Below are positions 54,436-63,873 of a stretch of DNA of 64,000 bases, piece after piece; the stretch's first letter is position 1; each line of letters starts with the position of its first letter. The notes beneath the pieces were generated by a model. That model was not told the DNA's origin. It saw only the letters and a list, made by a program, of their open reading frames with translations, and searched no databases. The position numbers and the translations under genes are program-made. This stretch comes from a bacterium (lineage in GTDB: Bacteria; Patescibacteriota; Minisyncoccia; Portnoybacterales; JAKAHB01). The stretch covers positions 6,427-70,426 of the forward strand of contig JAKAHB010000002.1 in the NCBI GenBank assembly GCA_021815315.1, in the 5' to 3' direction.

Positions 54436-54517
54436 CGCGTTCGGGTTTAATGTTCTGCTTGAACGCGAATTAAAGACCAAGAACCCCCATTAAAGTCCAC
54501 CATTAAATTAACCATTC

Positions 54518-55087
54518 TTGTTCAGAAGACCACACCGACGAAATTTCAGCCGAAATTTCAACAAATTTAATAGTTTCAATAAAGATAGAAAAAGAATCAA
54601 CGAATGGATTCGAGTTCCCGAAGTGCGCGTAATCGGCGCTGACGGTTCACAAGCCGGCATAATGCCCACCGCCCAAGCTTTGGCCATGGCCAAAGAGCAG
54701 GGCCTGGACTTGATTGAAGTTTCCGCCCAAGCTAAACCGCCAGTTTGCCGGATTATGAATTACGGCAAGTTTCAATATCAGCAAGAAAAAAAGTCCAAGG
54801 AAACCAAAGGAAAACTCACCAAGATTGAAGTCAAAGGCATCCGGTTAAAAATGAAAACCGCCCTTAACGATCTGAAAGTTAAGTCCAAACAAGCTGAAAA
54901 ATTTCTAAGCAAGGGGCACAAGGTTAAAGTGGAAATTATACTGCGCGGCCGAGAAAAAGCTTTCTTCGGCCTAGCCAAGCAGAAGATGCTCGATTTTATG
55001 CAAACGCTGGAGACCGAGACCATGATTGAACAACCGATAAAGCAAAGTCCGCGAGGCTTTAATATGATAATCTCTAAAAAGAAATAG
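54518..55087 (+). CDS. infC: translation initiation factor IF-3
   Basis: INEWIRVPEVRVIGADGSQ...EQGLDLIEVSAQAKPPVCRIMNYGKF is IF-3-like. The true start may be a non-ATG codon downstream of 54518. Confidence 0.85.
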   Translation: MFRRPHRRNFSRNFNKFNSFNKDRKRINEWIRVPEVRVIGADGSQAGIMPTAQALAMAKEQGLDLIEVSAQAKPPVCRIMNYGKFQYQQEKKSKETKGKLTKIEVKGIRLKMKTALNDLKVKSKQAEKFLSKGHKVKVEIILRGREKAFFGLAKQKMLDFMQTLETETMIEQPIKQSPRGFNMIISKKK

Positions 55088-55088
55088 T

Positions 55089-55286
55089 ATGCCAAAATTA
55101 AAAACCAGAAAAGCGGTTTTAAAAAGATTAAAAGTAACTGGCACCAAAAAATTACTGCGTCGCAAATGCGGGCAAAACCATTTCAACGCCAAAGAATCAA
55201 GCCAAGTAACCAAGAGCAAAAAGGCGACGGTTGAGCTTGGAAAAAGCCAGCAAAAAATCTTCAGAAAAGAACTGCCGTATATTTAA
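55089..55286 (+). CDS. rpmI: 50S ribosomal protein L35
   Basis: Reads MPKLKTRKAVLKRLKVTGTKKLLRRK. Confidence 0.9.
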   Translation: MPKLKTRKAVLKRLKVTGTKKLLRRKCGQNHFNAKESSQVTKSKKATVELGKSQQKIFRKELPYI

Positions 55287-55362
55287 TTTTACAGATTTAC
55301 TGATAACTACGGATTTACAGATAAATTCGCAAGTCCGCCTAGATTATTAAATTAGTAATTTC

Positions 55363-55818
55363 ATGCCCAGAGTAAAAAGATCTGCCAGCGCCAATAAAAA
55401 AAGAAAAAGCACCCTCAAGCAAACCAAGGGTTTTATGTGGGGTCGCAAAAATAAATATAAAGCGGCTAAAGATGCTTTGCGCCACGCTCTGTCTTACGCC
55501 TATCGCGATCGCAAAAACAAAAAAAGGACTAACCGCGGCCTTTGGCAAATCAAGATTAACGCCGCCACGCGCCAACAAGGCTTAACCTACAGCAAATTTA
55601 TTGCCGGCCTGAAAGCGACGCAAATTGAACTGGACCGGAAAATCTTGGCCGACTTGGCCGAAAACAATCCCACCGTCTTTGCCCAAATTGTAGAGTTGGT
55701 TAAAGCGGGAAATGATGCCCCAAAAGCAAAAGAAAAGACCGCCCCCAAGGCTTCCTCCAAAACAACAAAAAAACCGGCGGCCAAAGCGACTAAAAAAGAA
55801 GCCACCTCAAAAAAATAA
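55363..55818 (+). CDS. rplT: 50S ribosomal protein L20 with a Lys/Ala-rich C-terminal extension
   Basis: Starts MPRVKRSASANKKRKS...; conserved L20 core through residue about 118, then a KAKEKTAPKASSK tail. Confidence 0.9.
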   Translation: MPRVKRSASANKKRKSTLKQTKGFMWGRKNKYKAAKDALRHALSYAYRDRKNKKRTNRGLWQIKINAATRQQGLTYSKFIAGLKATQIELDRKILADLAENNPTVFAQIVELVKAGNDAPKAKEKTAPKASSKTTKKPAAKATKKEATSKK

Positions 55819-55844
55819 CCGAAAAGTTATTCCAAATGTCAAAA

Positions 55845-55880
55845 AGCCCGCTCCTCAAAAAGGGGCGGGCTTTGTTTTTG
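55845..55880. terminator. bidirectional intrinsic terminator
   Basis: aaagcccgctcc...gggcgggcttt followed by a T5 run. Confidence 0.75.
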
Positions 55881-55896
55881 ACGGATTAAGATTGTT

Positions 55897-56268
55897 TTAT
55901 TTGAAAAATCTTACTTTTAACCAATAAACAGCCGCCAAAATCCCCACCAAGTCAATTCCCACGTCTCTTGGGTTCCCATTTCTTTGCCGCACGAAAGTTT
56001 GGTGCCACTCGTCAGAAAGCGCGAAGACAAAGGCTAGAACCAGAGTCCAAACCAAGGCTTGTTTCTTTCCTGCGCTCAAACTCAAGGCCCGGTAGAGCAA
56101 CCAAGCTAAGATAAAATATTCGGTCAGGTGCGCCAGTTTACGCAAGATGAAGTCAACGATCGGCTCAAAAGAAGATTTTAAGCCCGGCTGGTTGGAAAGA
56201 AAAAACATAAAGGCCATCCAGGCCAGGACGAAAAACCAACGCGTAACTTTGTCTTTTGCCGAAACCAT
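55897..56268 (-). CDS. VanZ-like family membrane protein
   Basis: 123 aa with 4 TM helices and a VanZ-like pattern (HLTEYFILAWL...DEWHQ). Confidence 0.65.
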   Translation of the reverse strand: MVSAKDKVTRWFFVLAWMAFMFFLSNQPGLKSSFEPIVDFILRKLAHLTEYFILAWLLYRALSLSAGKKQALVWTLVLAFVFALSDEWHQTFVRQRNGNPRDVGIDLVGILAAVYWLKVRFFK

Positions 56269-56326
56269 AGCTTATTATTTTTGCTTATAGATCAAAACCC
56301 GCCCTCGAACGAGTTTGGCGACCACT

Positions 56327-56779
56327 TTATAAACTTTTTGCGAGAAATTCATCAGCCTTTTTTAAAACCTCTCGATTATTTCCTTTCAATTTCCGCCACG
56401 CCTGCTCAAAGGGCAGCCAAGCGAAGTCTTCGTGTTCAAAAGATAACTTAATCTTCTTGTTTTTTGCCTCGGCTAAAAAATAGGTAACAAATTTTATCAC
56501 CGTTTCCCCTATTTTCAAACCACGCTCCAGCTGATAATCAAATTTCGCCTTCATAAAAAATCTAATTGTTTCCTTAAATCCGCTCAACAAAAAAATATTC
56601 CCCAGTCCCGCTTCTTCTTCGGCTTCCCGCCGAGCCGTTTCTTCCAATTTTTCTCCAACCTCAATCAGGCCTTTGGGAAAAGACCAAAAATCAGCTCTGG
56701 TATGTTTGAGTAACAAATATTCAACTTGTTCGCCAGCGCGATAAAAAACTATCACTCCGGCTGATTTTTCAACGGGCAT
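56327..56779 (-). CDS. NUDIX hydrolase
   Basis: Nudix box GLIEVGEKLEETARREAEEEAGL. Start at the internal ATG 56777-56779, which leaves room for the divergent promoter at 56848-56875. Confidence 0.8.
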   Translation of the reverse strand: MPVEKSAGVIVFYRAGEQVEYLLLKHTRADFWSFPKGLIEVGEKLEETARREAEEEAGLGNIFLLSGFKETIRFFMKAKFDYQLERGLKIGETVIKFVTYFLAEAKNKKIKLSFEHEDFAWLPFEQAWRKLKGNNREVLKKADEFLAKSL

Positions 56780-56847
56780 CTTGGAACAGCGTGTCAAGTA
56801 GCGGATAGCCATTGGTATGGCCAATCGCCAGCCACGGGCTTTGCCTC

Positions 56848-56875
56848 TTGACAAAAACATTCTTTATGATATAAT
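56848..56875 (+). promoter_or_regulatory. consensus sigma-70 promoter TTGACA-16-TATAAT
   Basis: ttgacaaaaacattctttatgatataat; perfect hexamers. Confidence 0.55.
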
Positions 56876-56902
56876 ATAAGCAACTTTAACAGGAGGAAAG
56901 CC

Positions 56903-57094
56903 ATGGCCCCGAGAGCCTGTGTCGTCCTTCTGGAGCGGGGATGGACGCTGGAGGCGCCCTCTCCGGTCGTTCTTGGACCGAACGGCCGGCCCGCTACGCC
57001 CACTACCGGAACCTTGGTCCCGGTGACAACGGCAGAGAAGACTGCCGGAAAGGAGATCAACGTTGTTGTCCTCCCCGTTCTCCCCCACCGCTAA
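56903..57094 (+). CDS. small hypothetical protein (63 aa) in a GC-rich cassette
   Basis: SD AGGAGG 6 nt upstream of ATG. About 63% GC. Followed by the terminator at 57106-57131. Confidence 0.4.
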   Translation: MAPRACVVLLERGWTLEAPSPVVLGPNGRPATPTTGTLVPVTTAEKTAGKEINVVVLPVLPHR

Positions 57095-57105
57095 ACTCCC
57101 TCCCT

Positions 57106-57131
57106 CGGAGCCCCCACGGGCTCCTTTTTGA
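57106..57131 (+). terminator. intrinsic terminator of the 56903-57094 ORF
   Basis: ggagccc-ccac-gggctcc followed by a T5 run. Confidence 0.7.
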
Positions 57132-57176
57132 TTCTCCAGAAAGTTTTATAAACCAAAACAAGCGCGACCAAATTTA

Positions 57177-57872
57177 TTATTTTGAAAAGTTCGCCAATTT
57201 TTTTCCCAGTTTGCTTCCCTTAAAATAAAATCTGAAAAAAACTCCGGTAAACAAATAGAACGCCCAATGAACGATATAGCTGTAAACAACACCGGCATTA
57301 AAATAATAAATCAGGGCGGGAAAAATCAGGCCCGCCAAAATGGAAGCGCCGATAAAATATTCGCCGAAAGCGAAACCAAAGAAAATTAAAATAGGCACAT
57401 GCACAAAGGCAAAAATCAAGGCGAAAGAAGCGATCAAGCGACCATCACCCAGTCCTTGGCGAACCAACCAGGAAACCAGCAACAAGACCATCACCTGCTG
57501 AAAAAATATCTCAACAGACCTTGAAAAAATCTGGCGATAATCCATTTTCAAAAAAGTAAGACTATGGTTGTCGCTCGTTAATTTTTCCACGACCCGGGGC
57601 ATCTGTTTGGACCGGTTAGCTAGCCAGTGAATTATAATGTTAACCACAAAAAATCCTCCCAAAACAACCAGGGAAACGACGTTAATTTGTCGGACAAAGT
57701 CAAAAAAATAATTTTTAAAAACATAGATGACACCCAGCGAAGCCGCCAGAAAATAAATTGAAGTAACCAAGAAATTATTAATATAATCTATTCCTCGCTT
57801 GACAAAAAAGATGTAGAAAATACCCAAGACCAGAAACCAAATAAAAATCCACGTGAATAAGTTTAGGGCCAT
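57177..57872 (-). CDS. hypothetical polytopic membrane protein
   Basis: 231 aa with about 7 TM helices and FxxxH / HxxxN-like motifs, but not in canonical CPBP order. Confidence 0.35.
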   Translation of the reverse strand: MALNLFTWIFIWFLVLGIFYIFFVKRGIDYINNFLVTSIYFLAASLGVIYVFKNYFFDFVRQINVVSLVVLGGFFVVNIIIHWLANRSKQMPRVVEKLTSDNHSLTFLKMDYRQIFSRSVEIFFQQVMVLLLVSWLVRQGLGDGRLIASFALIFAFVHVPILIFFGFAFGEYFIGASILAGLIFPALIYYFNAGVVYSYIVHWAFYLFTGVFFRFYFKGSKLGKKLANFSK

Positions 57873-57876
57873 AGTT

Positions 57877-59619
57877 TTATTTTTTGAAATGTTTTAATAA
57901 GTCTTTCCAACCAAGTGTGTTTAAGACATCGCTTTTTTTGGCCCAGCCGCGACGGGCAACGGCCACGCCCAATTCCAAAAATTCTAAGTGCTGGGCAGAA
58001 TGGGCATCCGTGCCGATGGTCAATTTGACGCCCAAGCTCACCGCCTTTTTGACGTTCTGCCAAGACAAATCCAGCCTTTCCGGATAGGCGTTGATTTCAA
58101 TGGCCGTGCCAGTGGCCACCGCCTTTTTAAAAACCTGGTCCCAATTGACCTCGTAACCCTCGCGGCGCAACAACAATCTTCCGCTCGGATGCGCCCAGAC
58201 GTCCAGGTGCGGGTTTTCCATCGCCCGGCAAACGCGTTCCGTCATCGCCTCTTTGCTCATTTTGAAATTATCATGAATAGAGCCTAGGCAAATATCCAGC
58301 TTGGCCAAGACCTCGTCTTTGATATGCAACTGCCCATCTTTGTCGATGTCCACTTCCGCGCCTTTTAAAATTTTGATGCCCGCCATCTTTCTATCAACCG
58401 CGCCAATTTCCTCCATTTGTTTTAACAATTCTTTTTCTTTCATGCTGCCGGCGATCGCCAGTCTCCCCGCGTGATCGGTTATGGCGATGTATTCATGCCC
58501 CAGCTTTTTGGCGGCTTTGGCCATCTCTTCAATGGAATAGGCGCCATCGCTCCAAGTTGAATGCATCTGCAAGTCGCCCAAAACGTCTTGGCGCTCAACC
58601 AGTTTGGGAAATTTTCCTTTTTTAGCCAGCTCTATCTCTCCGGTATTTTCCCTGGCCTCGGGGGGGATTGCTTGCAGGCCCAAAAATTTATAGATGCCTT
58701 CTTCTTGCTCGCCGGCAACCAAGTTTTTTTCGTTTTTTGTTTTTGGTTTTTGGTTTAATTTAAAGATCCCATATTCATTTAATTTATATCCTTGGTCAGT
58801 CGCTATTTTTCGCAATTCCACGTTGTGCTCTTTATTGCCGGTAAAATATTGCCAGGCTGCGCCAAAACTTTCCCCGGGGATAACCCGCAAGTCCGCGTCA
58901 ATCCCCCAGTCCAGTCGTACTTTAGCCTTGGTATCCCCTTGCCCATAGATTTTAACCACGCTCGGCAAAGAAACAAAAAATTCAATGACTCTTTGGGGGC
59001 TACTAGATACGGCCAGAATATCTATATCGCCGATTGTTTCCTTCAGGCGCCGCAACGAACCGGCAATCTCAATTTTTTCAACTTCCTTCAGTTTGGCCAG
59101 TTTGTTTTTCAACTCTCGCACCGGTGGTAAGATATAACCCAATAAAAAACGGCCTTGGTCTTGTTTGGCAAAATCAATGGCCGATAAAATATTTTCTTCG
59201 GATTTAATCCCGAAATGTTCCAACTGGCTAATTTTGCCGGCCTTGGCCGCCTTTTCCAGGTCGGCCAAGTTTCTTATCTTCAGCTGCTGATAGAAAGTTT
59301 TAATCGTTTTGGGCCCCACGCCTTCTAATCGCGAAAGCCCCTCAAGGTCAACAGGTATTTTTTTCTTTAAGGCTTCCAACTCTTTTATCTTTCCGGCTTT
59401 AATAAACTCTTCAATTTTGTCGGCAATCCCTTCGCCAATGCCGGAAATTTTTTTTAAGCCTTGTCTGCCGCCAAGCCGATAGATCTCCCCCAAGTCTTCT
59501 TCCATCGCCTCAATCTCTTGGGCCACGCGTTCATAGGCCCGGGGCTTAAATTGCACCTCGTCCATTTCCAAGTAAATGGCTAACTGATAAAAGAGATGGG
59601 CCAGTTTTTGGTTAATCAT
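57877..59619 (-). CDS. polX: DNA polymerase X family protein with a C-terminal PHP phosphoesterase domain
   Basis: N-terminal Pol-beta-like HhH/palm, and a C-terminal PHP (LQMHSTWSDGAYSIEEM...ITDHAGRL). Confidence 0.85.
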   Translation of the reverse strand: MINQKLAHLFYQLAIYLEMDEVQFKPRAYERVAQEIEAMEEDLGEIYRLGGRQGLKKISGIGEGIADKIEEFIKAGKIKELEALKKKIPVDLEGLSRLEGVGPKTIKTFYQQLKIRNLADLEKAAKAGKISQLEHFGIKSEENILSAIDFAKQDQGRFLLGYILPPVRELKNKLAKLKEVEKIEIAGSLRRLKETIGDIDILAVSSSPQRVIEFFVSLPSVVKIYGQGDTKAKVRLDWGIDADLRVIPGESFGAAWQYFTGNKEHNVELRKIATDQGYKLNEYGIFKLNQKPKTKNEKNLVAGEQEEGIYKFLGLQAIPPEARENTGEIELAKKGKFPKLVERQDVLGDLQMHSTWSDGAYSIEEMAKAAKKLGHEYIAITDHAGRLAIAGSMKEKELLKQMEEIGAVDRKMAGIKILKGAEVDIDKDGQLHIKDEVLAKLDICLGSIHDNFKMSKEAMTERVCRAMENPHLDVWAHPSGRLLLRREGYEVNWDQVFKKAVATGTAIEINAYPERLDLSWQNVKKAVSLGVKLTIGTDAHSAQHLEFLELGVAVARRGWAKKSDVLNTLGWKDLLKHFKK

Positions 59620-59634
59620 AAATAGAATTAAAAA

Positions 59635-60576
59635 TTAGCCAGAGAGCCATTCAACCTTCACCTCTCTGTCTCGCGCCTTACTATTATATTTTACCAAATA
59701 TTCCTTGATTTGGCTCTCTATCCCCATCCTGTCCGGCTTTTTCCCTCGGTAGCTTCTGACCAAAACAGTCGGCCCGGGCACATTCTTGGCCCGAGCCAAA
59801 AGATCTCCTGCTCGCGCTAATTTTTCCAGAGTCAGATTTTCTTGGTGGTCGCGACCAACAACAAATTTAATGTCGCCTTGCCAAAGCTGCCGTCCCTGCT
59901 TAAGCAACAAAGCATCATCGCTGGTGGCTTGCGGGTATTTGTCCAGAAGCTCTTTCAGTTTTTGAGAAAATTCAGCCACCGTCAAAAGGCAGCCACCCGA
60001 AGGCGTCGGGTAGTTTTTTATCCCATATTTTTTGGCTAGTTCCATTTGCGGCGTTCTTTGCCGCCCAGAAATCGCCAAGAGTCTATTTCTGTCAACTAGG
60101 CCTTCTTGCTCCGAGATGGTCGGCGCCAACAATTTGGCGGAAAGCGGCCGCAATAAATAACCCGCCAATCCTGATTCTTTTTCTATCAATCCCAGAGATT
60201 GTTTGTTCTGGCTCATCGGCCGCTCGCCCAAAACTTCGCCGGTCGCCACTAGGTCAAACTTTTCTTGGCGCATAATTTCTCCGGCTAGCCGGAACATCAA
60301 GGCGTGGCAATCAATGCACGGGTTCATATTTTTGCCATAACCATGCGGCGGGTTTTTGACCAGTTCCAGGTGCTTTTTTGAAAAGTCCTCAATGAGCAAA
60401 TCAACGCCCAGGGTTTTAGCCGCCTCTTGCGCCTGTCGCGCGTCAAAAAAACAGCTGGAAAAAACCAGGCCGGTTACTCCAATCCCCTGCTCTTGCAAAA
60501 CCTTGACCGCCAGCATGGAATCCAGTCCGCCGGAGAGAAGCGCTAGGGCTTTTATTTTTCTCTTTGTGTTTTCCAT
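59635..60576 (-). CDS. PP-loop ATPase, ThiI-like (tRNA sulfurtransferase family) lacking a THUMP domain
   Basis: SGGLDS PP-loop, NPCIDCH and GEVLGERPMSQNK, resembling ThiI GESLGQVASQT. The ORF continues upstream to 60789, but the start is taken at the internal ATG (MENTKRK). Confidence 0.55.
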   Translation of the reverse strand: MENTKRKIKALALLSGGLDSMLAVKVLQEQGIGVTGLVFSSCFFDARQAQEAAKTLGVDLLIEDFSKKHLELVKNPPHGYGKNMNPCIDCHALMFRLAGEIMRQEKFDLVATGEVLGERPMSQNKQSLGLIEKESGLAGYLLRPLSAKLLAPTISEQEGLVDRNRLLAISGRQRTPQMELAKKYGIKNYPTPSGGCLLTVAEFSQKLKELLDKYPQATSDDALLLKQGRQLWQGDIKFVVGRDHQENLTLEKLARAGDLLARAKNVPGPTVLVRSYRGKKPDRMGIESQIKEYLVKYNSKARDREVKVEWLSG

Positions 60577-60993
60577 CTTCAAATTATGGCTGGCCACCGA
60601 AAATAAAAGGGCCCTCGGTTTTTCACCCGAGAGCCGTTTTCCAGTCGGGAGGTCATTTTGCTCCTCGTCTCCGCCGGAGGCCAAGTTTTTCAATTGCCTG
60701 GAGCGCCGCCCCAAGGCGCGGAGAAGGGTTTCAATCATAAGGCTCAAGCCGTCCGCCCAAGCCTTCACAAAGTCCCAAATTCTGTTCATGGCACCTTCCT
60801 CCCTTTTTGTTGCTTTTACTTAACCACGAACAGCTGTTCCGCGCAAGTCTACATCCTTTCTCTTTTTCTCGCCAGGCCATGTCCATTGCCGTGTTTTAGT
60901 TGGTCCAGGCATGATAGCGAGAAATCGTAATCGCTCGCATATCCACCTATGTTATAGATTCCTGTCAAATCATAATCCCAAACAACCCCAAAC

Positions 60994-61018
60994 CAAAAAC
61001 CCCCTCGCGGGGGCCTTT
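60994..61018 (-). terminator. intrinsic terminator after the zinc-ribbon gene
   Basis: ccccctcgcggggg hairpin with a U-run on the minus strand. Confidence 0.65.
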
Positions 61019-61039
61019 GACTTTGGTTGCAAAAATTTA

Positions 61040-61372
61040 TTAGGCAGCTCTTCTTTGTGAATAGCAATCTCTGCAATAAACATCGCTACCGTCTTTTGGC
61101 TCAAACGGAAGCTCGTGGATGCTTGTTCCACAACCGGCGCATTTCCAGTTTCCAGAAACCATCCGACGAGGACCGCCGAAGTTGCCGCGAGGACCGCCGA
61201 AGCGGTTGCTCGGACGAGATTCTCTTTGAGAACGATGACATTCTTTGCAAAGAATGTCTTTGCCTTCTGTCGGCTCAAATGGTAATTCGGTTATTTCCGC
61301 TCCGCACTTAGAGCAAGTCCAATTGCCCTGAAACATTTGACGGGGTTGGAAATTGTCGTTGTTATAGGCCAT
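61040..61372 (-). CDS. tandem zinc-ribbon protein (two CxxC-x17-CxxC repeats)
   Basis: Repeats are NWTCSKCGAEITELPFEPTEGKDILCKEC and NWKCAGCGTSIHELPFEPKDGSDVYCRDC. SD AGAGGTGA upstream. Confidence 0.55.
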   Translation of the reverse strand: MAYNNDNFQPRQMFQGNWTCSKCGAEITELPFEPTEGKDILCKECHRSQRESRPSNRFGGPRGNFGGPRRMVSGNWKCAGCGTSIHELPFEPKDGSDVYCRDCYSQRRAA

Positions 61373-61535
61373 GGTTAATCACCTCTTTTCTGAACTCTAG
61401 TTAACTTATAACCTTGGCCTTTGATTACGACTAACGAATCTCTGACTACGGTTGACAATTAACTAACTAAACAAGTTATGTGCGAATTATAGCTTGTTGG
61501 CTTTTGTCTGTCAAGCAGCGCTTTCAAGCAGAAGT

Positions 61536-62228
61536 CTATATTTTTGTCGCCACGCAATGAAGGTTGTATTCCTTTTCTCCTCTTTTCAAAAATCCGCCTT
61601 TTTCAATCTTAAAGCCGGCTTGCCGAATTTCCTTCTCCAGCTCTTGCTGTTTGAAAAAATGAATAAATCTTGGAATTTGCTCATCCCCCCAAGGCAATAA
61701 AACATCGTTAAAATCCATTCGGGAAAAACCAAAAATCTTTTTCAGATTTTGCCGCCATAAAAAATTTTTGGCGCGCGGATAATTTTTTGCCGACCAAACT
61801 GTCAGGATTAATCGGGCTCCCGGACGCAAAACCCGATAAGCTTGTCTTAAAAAATCTTTTCTTGTTTTTTTGCCGGGGATATGGTGCAATACAGCCAGAC
61901 AAAAAACCTGATCAAACTCGCCGTCTTTGAGGGGAATAGTTTTCCCATCAAAATAAATAAACTTTTTTTTGGGGTTGATTTTTCGCGCAATGTCTAGCAG
62001 GGCTTGGGAATTATCAAGACCCAAATAATCAACTTTCTCCCCCAGCATCCCAGCCAAGCGCCCGTTGCCACAACCCAAGTCCAGCACCCGGTCGCCCGGC
62101 TCAACCTCCTTGACTAGCCCTTCAATTTCCGGCCAGTTATAATTTCTGGTAGCGGAAAAATCGGCGGCAATTTGGTCATAGGTCTGCCGGACTTGGTTTA
62201 ATATTTGATTAGCTGTTTTTTGATTCAT
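61536..62228 (-). CDS. class I SAM-dependent methyltransferase
   Basis: Motif I VLDLGCGNGRL and a post-I acidic residue. Start at the internal ATG 62226-62228. Confidence 0.8.
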   Translation of the reverse strand: MNQKTANQILNQVRQTYDQIAADFSATRNYNWPEIEGLVKEVEPGDRVLDLGCGNGRLAGMLGEKVDYLGLDNSQALLDIARKINPKKKFIYFDGKTIPLKDGEFDQVFCLAVLHHIPGKKTRKDFLRQAYRVLRPGARLILTVWSAKNYPRAKNFLWRQNLKKIFGFSRMDFNDVLLPWGDEQIPRFIHFFKQQELEKEIRQAGFKIEKGGFLKRGEKEYNLHCVATKI

Positions 62229-63873
62229 GAGAATGCTGGAACAAATTATCAAAAATTTAATAAAAGAAAAAAGTCTTTCCGAGAAAAAGCTGTCCAAGCT
62301 TAAACGACAGCTGGCCTCAAAAAACAAAGAGTTGGCCATGGCCAAAACCAGCGCCTTGCTTGAAGAGTATCACAAGCTGGTTGCGCTTGGCAAAATTAAG
62401 CCTTCTTCCAAATTGGAAGCTTTTTTGCGCACTCGCCGGGTACGCACACTGTCGGGTGTGGCCGTGGTTACCGTTTTAACCAAGCCTTTTAAATGCCCGG
62501 GTCGGTGCCTTTATTGTCCCGACGAGAAAGGAATGCCCAAAAGCTATTTAAAAAACGAACCGGCGGCAGCCCGAGCTTTTATGCTAAAATTTGACCCTTA
62601 CAATCAGGTGCAAACTCGCCTGCGCGCGTTGCGCTTTACCGGCCATAAAACCGACAAGATAGAATTGATTGTCTTGGGCGGCACTTGGAGCAGTTACCCG
62701 ATAAAATATAAATACTGGTTTATTAGGGAATGTTTTCGGGGGGTAAACGATTTTTTAAAAAATTTAGAGTTAAAAACTAAAAACGAAAAACCGCAACTAA
62801 AAATTCGTAATTTTGGACAACTACGAGACTCTTTAAAACAAGAACAAAAAAAGAACGAGAGAGCCAAAAATCGAGTTGTCGGTTTAACCCTGGAAACCCG
62901 GCCGGATTTTGTGGATAAGAAAGAAATTTTGCAAATGCGCGATCTGGGTTGCACCAGAATTGAGCTGGGAGTACAGACGCTTGACGATAAAATTTTGAAA
63001 CTCAATCGCCGCGGACACAATGTCAAACAAACAATCAAAGCTACTCTACTTTTAAAAAACACCGGGTTCAAAGTTAACTATCACCTGATGGTAAACTTGC
63101 CGGGTTCAACTCCGGTCAAAGATTTGGCGCAATTTAGGAAGCTTTTTTCCGATCAAAATTTCCAGCCCGACCTTCTTAAAATCTATCCCTGCTCCGTGCT
63201 GGAAACCGCGCCGCTTTATGGGTGGTGGAAACAAAAAAAATATAAGCCCTATTCCCAAAAACAATTGCAGGAATTACTGATAAAGATCAAACAGGTTCTT
63301 CCGCCTTACGTGCGCGCGCAAAGAGTAATCAGGGACATTCCCAAAGAATCAATCGCGGCTGGTTCAAAAATCTCCAACCTGCGCCAATTACTGCAGCAAG
63401 AAATGGCAAAAAGGAGTTTGAGGTGCCAATGCATTCGTTGTCGCGAGATTAAAGATGCCGCGCCGGACGAAAAAATTGAACTGGTTCGCCGGGAATATCG
63501 GGCATCCGACGGAAAAGAGATATTTTTATCATTTGAAGACAAAAGCAGGGAGAGGCTTTACGCCTTACTGCGCTTGCGCCTGCCCGGTCAAAAAGAAACT
63601 CCTGTTTTGCCGATTTTAAAAGATAGCGCCTTTATCCGTGAACTTCACACTTACGGCGCGCTCGTCCCTCTTGCCGGCCATAAGTCGTCGCTGGCAATCC
63701 AACACCGGGGCCTAGGGAAAAAATTGATGAGCGAGGCCGAAAAAATCGTCCGCAGGGAAACTTCTTTTAAAAAAATCGCCGTGATTTCCGGCGTAGGCGT
63801 GCGCGATTATTATCGCCGACTTGGTTATCGCTTGCAAGACGAGTATCTGGTGAAAAAATTAAGGGCCCATTGA
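62227..63873 (+). CDS. elp3: Elp3-family radical SAM + GNAT protein (tRNA wobble-uridine modification)
   Basis: CPGRCLYCP (Cx3Cx2C) radical-SAM motif and a C-terminal GNAT fold (GLGKKLMSEAEKI...GVGVRDYYRRLGYR). Confidence 0.8.
   Translation: MRMLEQIIKNLIKEKSLSEKKLSKLKRQLASKNKELAMAKTSALLEEYHKLVALGKIKPSSKLEAFLRTRRVRTLSGVAVVTVLTKPFKCPGRCLYCPDEKGMPKSYLKNEPAAARAFMLKFDPYNQVQTRLRALRFTGHKTDKIELIVLGGTWSSYPIKYKYWFIRECFRGVNDFLKNLELKTKNEKPQLKIRNFGQLRDSLKQEQKKNERAKNRVVGLTLETRPDFVDKKEILQMRDLGCTRIELGVQTLDDKILKLNRRGHNVKQTIKATLLLKNTGFKVNYHLMVNLPGSTPVKDLAQFRKLFSDQNFQPDLLKIYPCSVLETAPLYGWWKQKKYKPYSQKQLQELLIKIKQVLPPYVRAQRVIRDIPKESIAAGSKISNLRQLLQQEMAKRSLRCQCIRCREIKDAAPDEKIELVRREYRASDGKEIFLSFEDKSRERLYALLRLRLPGQKETPVLPILKDSAFIRELHTYGALVPLAGHKSSLAIQHRGLGKKLMSEAEKIVRRETSFKKIAVISGVGVRDYYRRLGYRLQDEYLVKKLRAH

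Noticed and set aside
60577-60789. Whether the N-terminal 71 aa of the ThiI-like ORF (MNRIWDFVKAWADGLSL...) is a separate small gene.
   Set aside because: There is no in-frame stop separating it from the PP-loop domain, and the hairpin at about 60600-60630 lies inside the frame. Cannot decide from sequence alone. Start placed at the internal ATG with reduced confidence.
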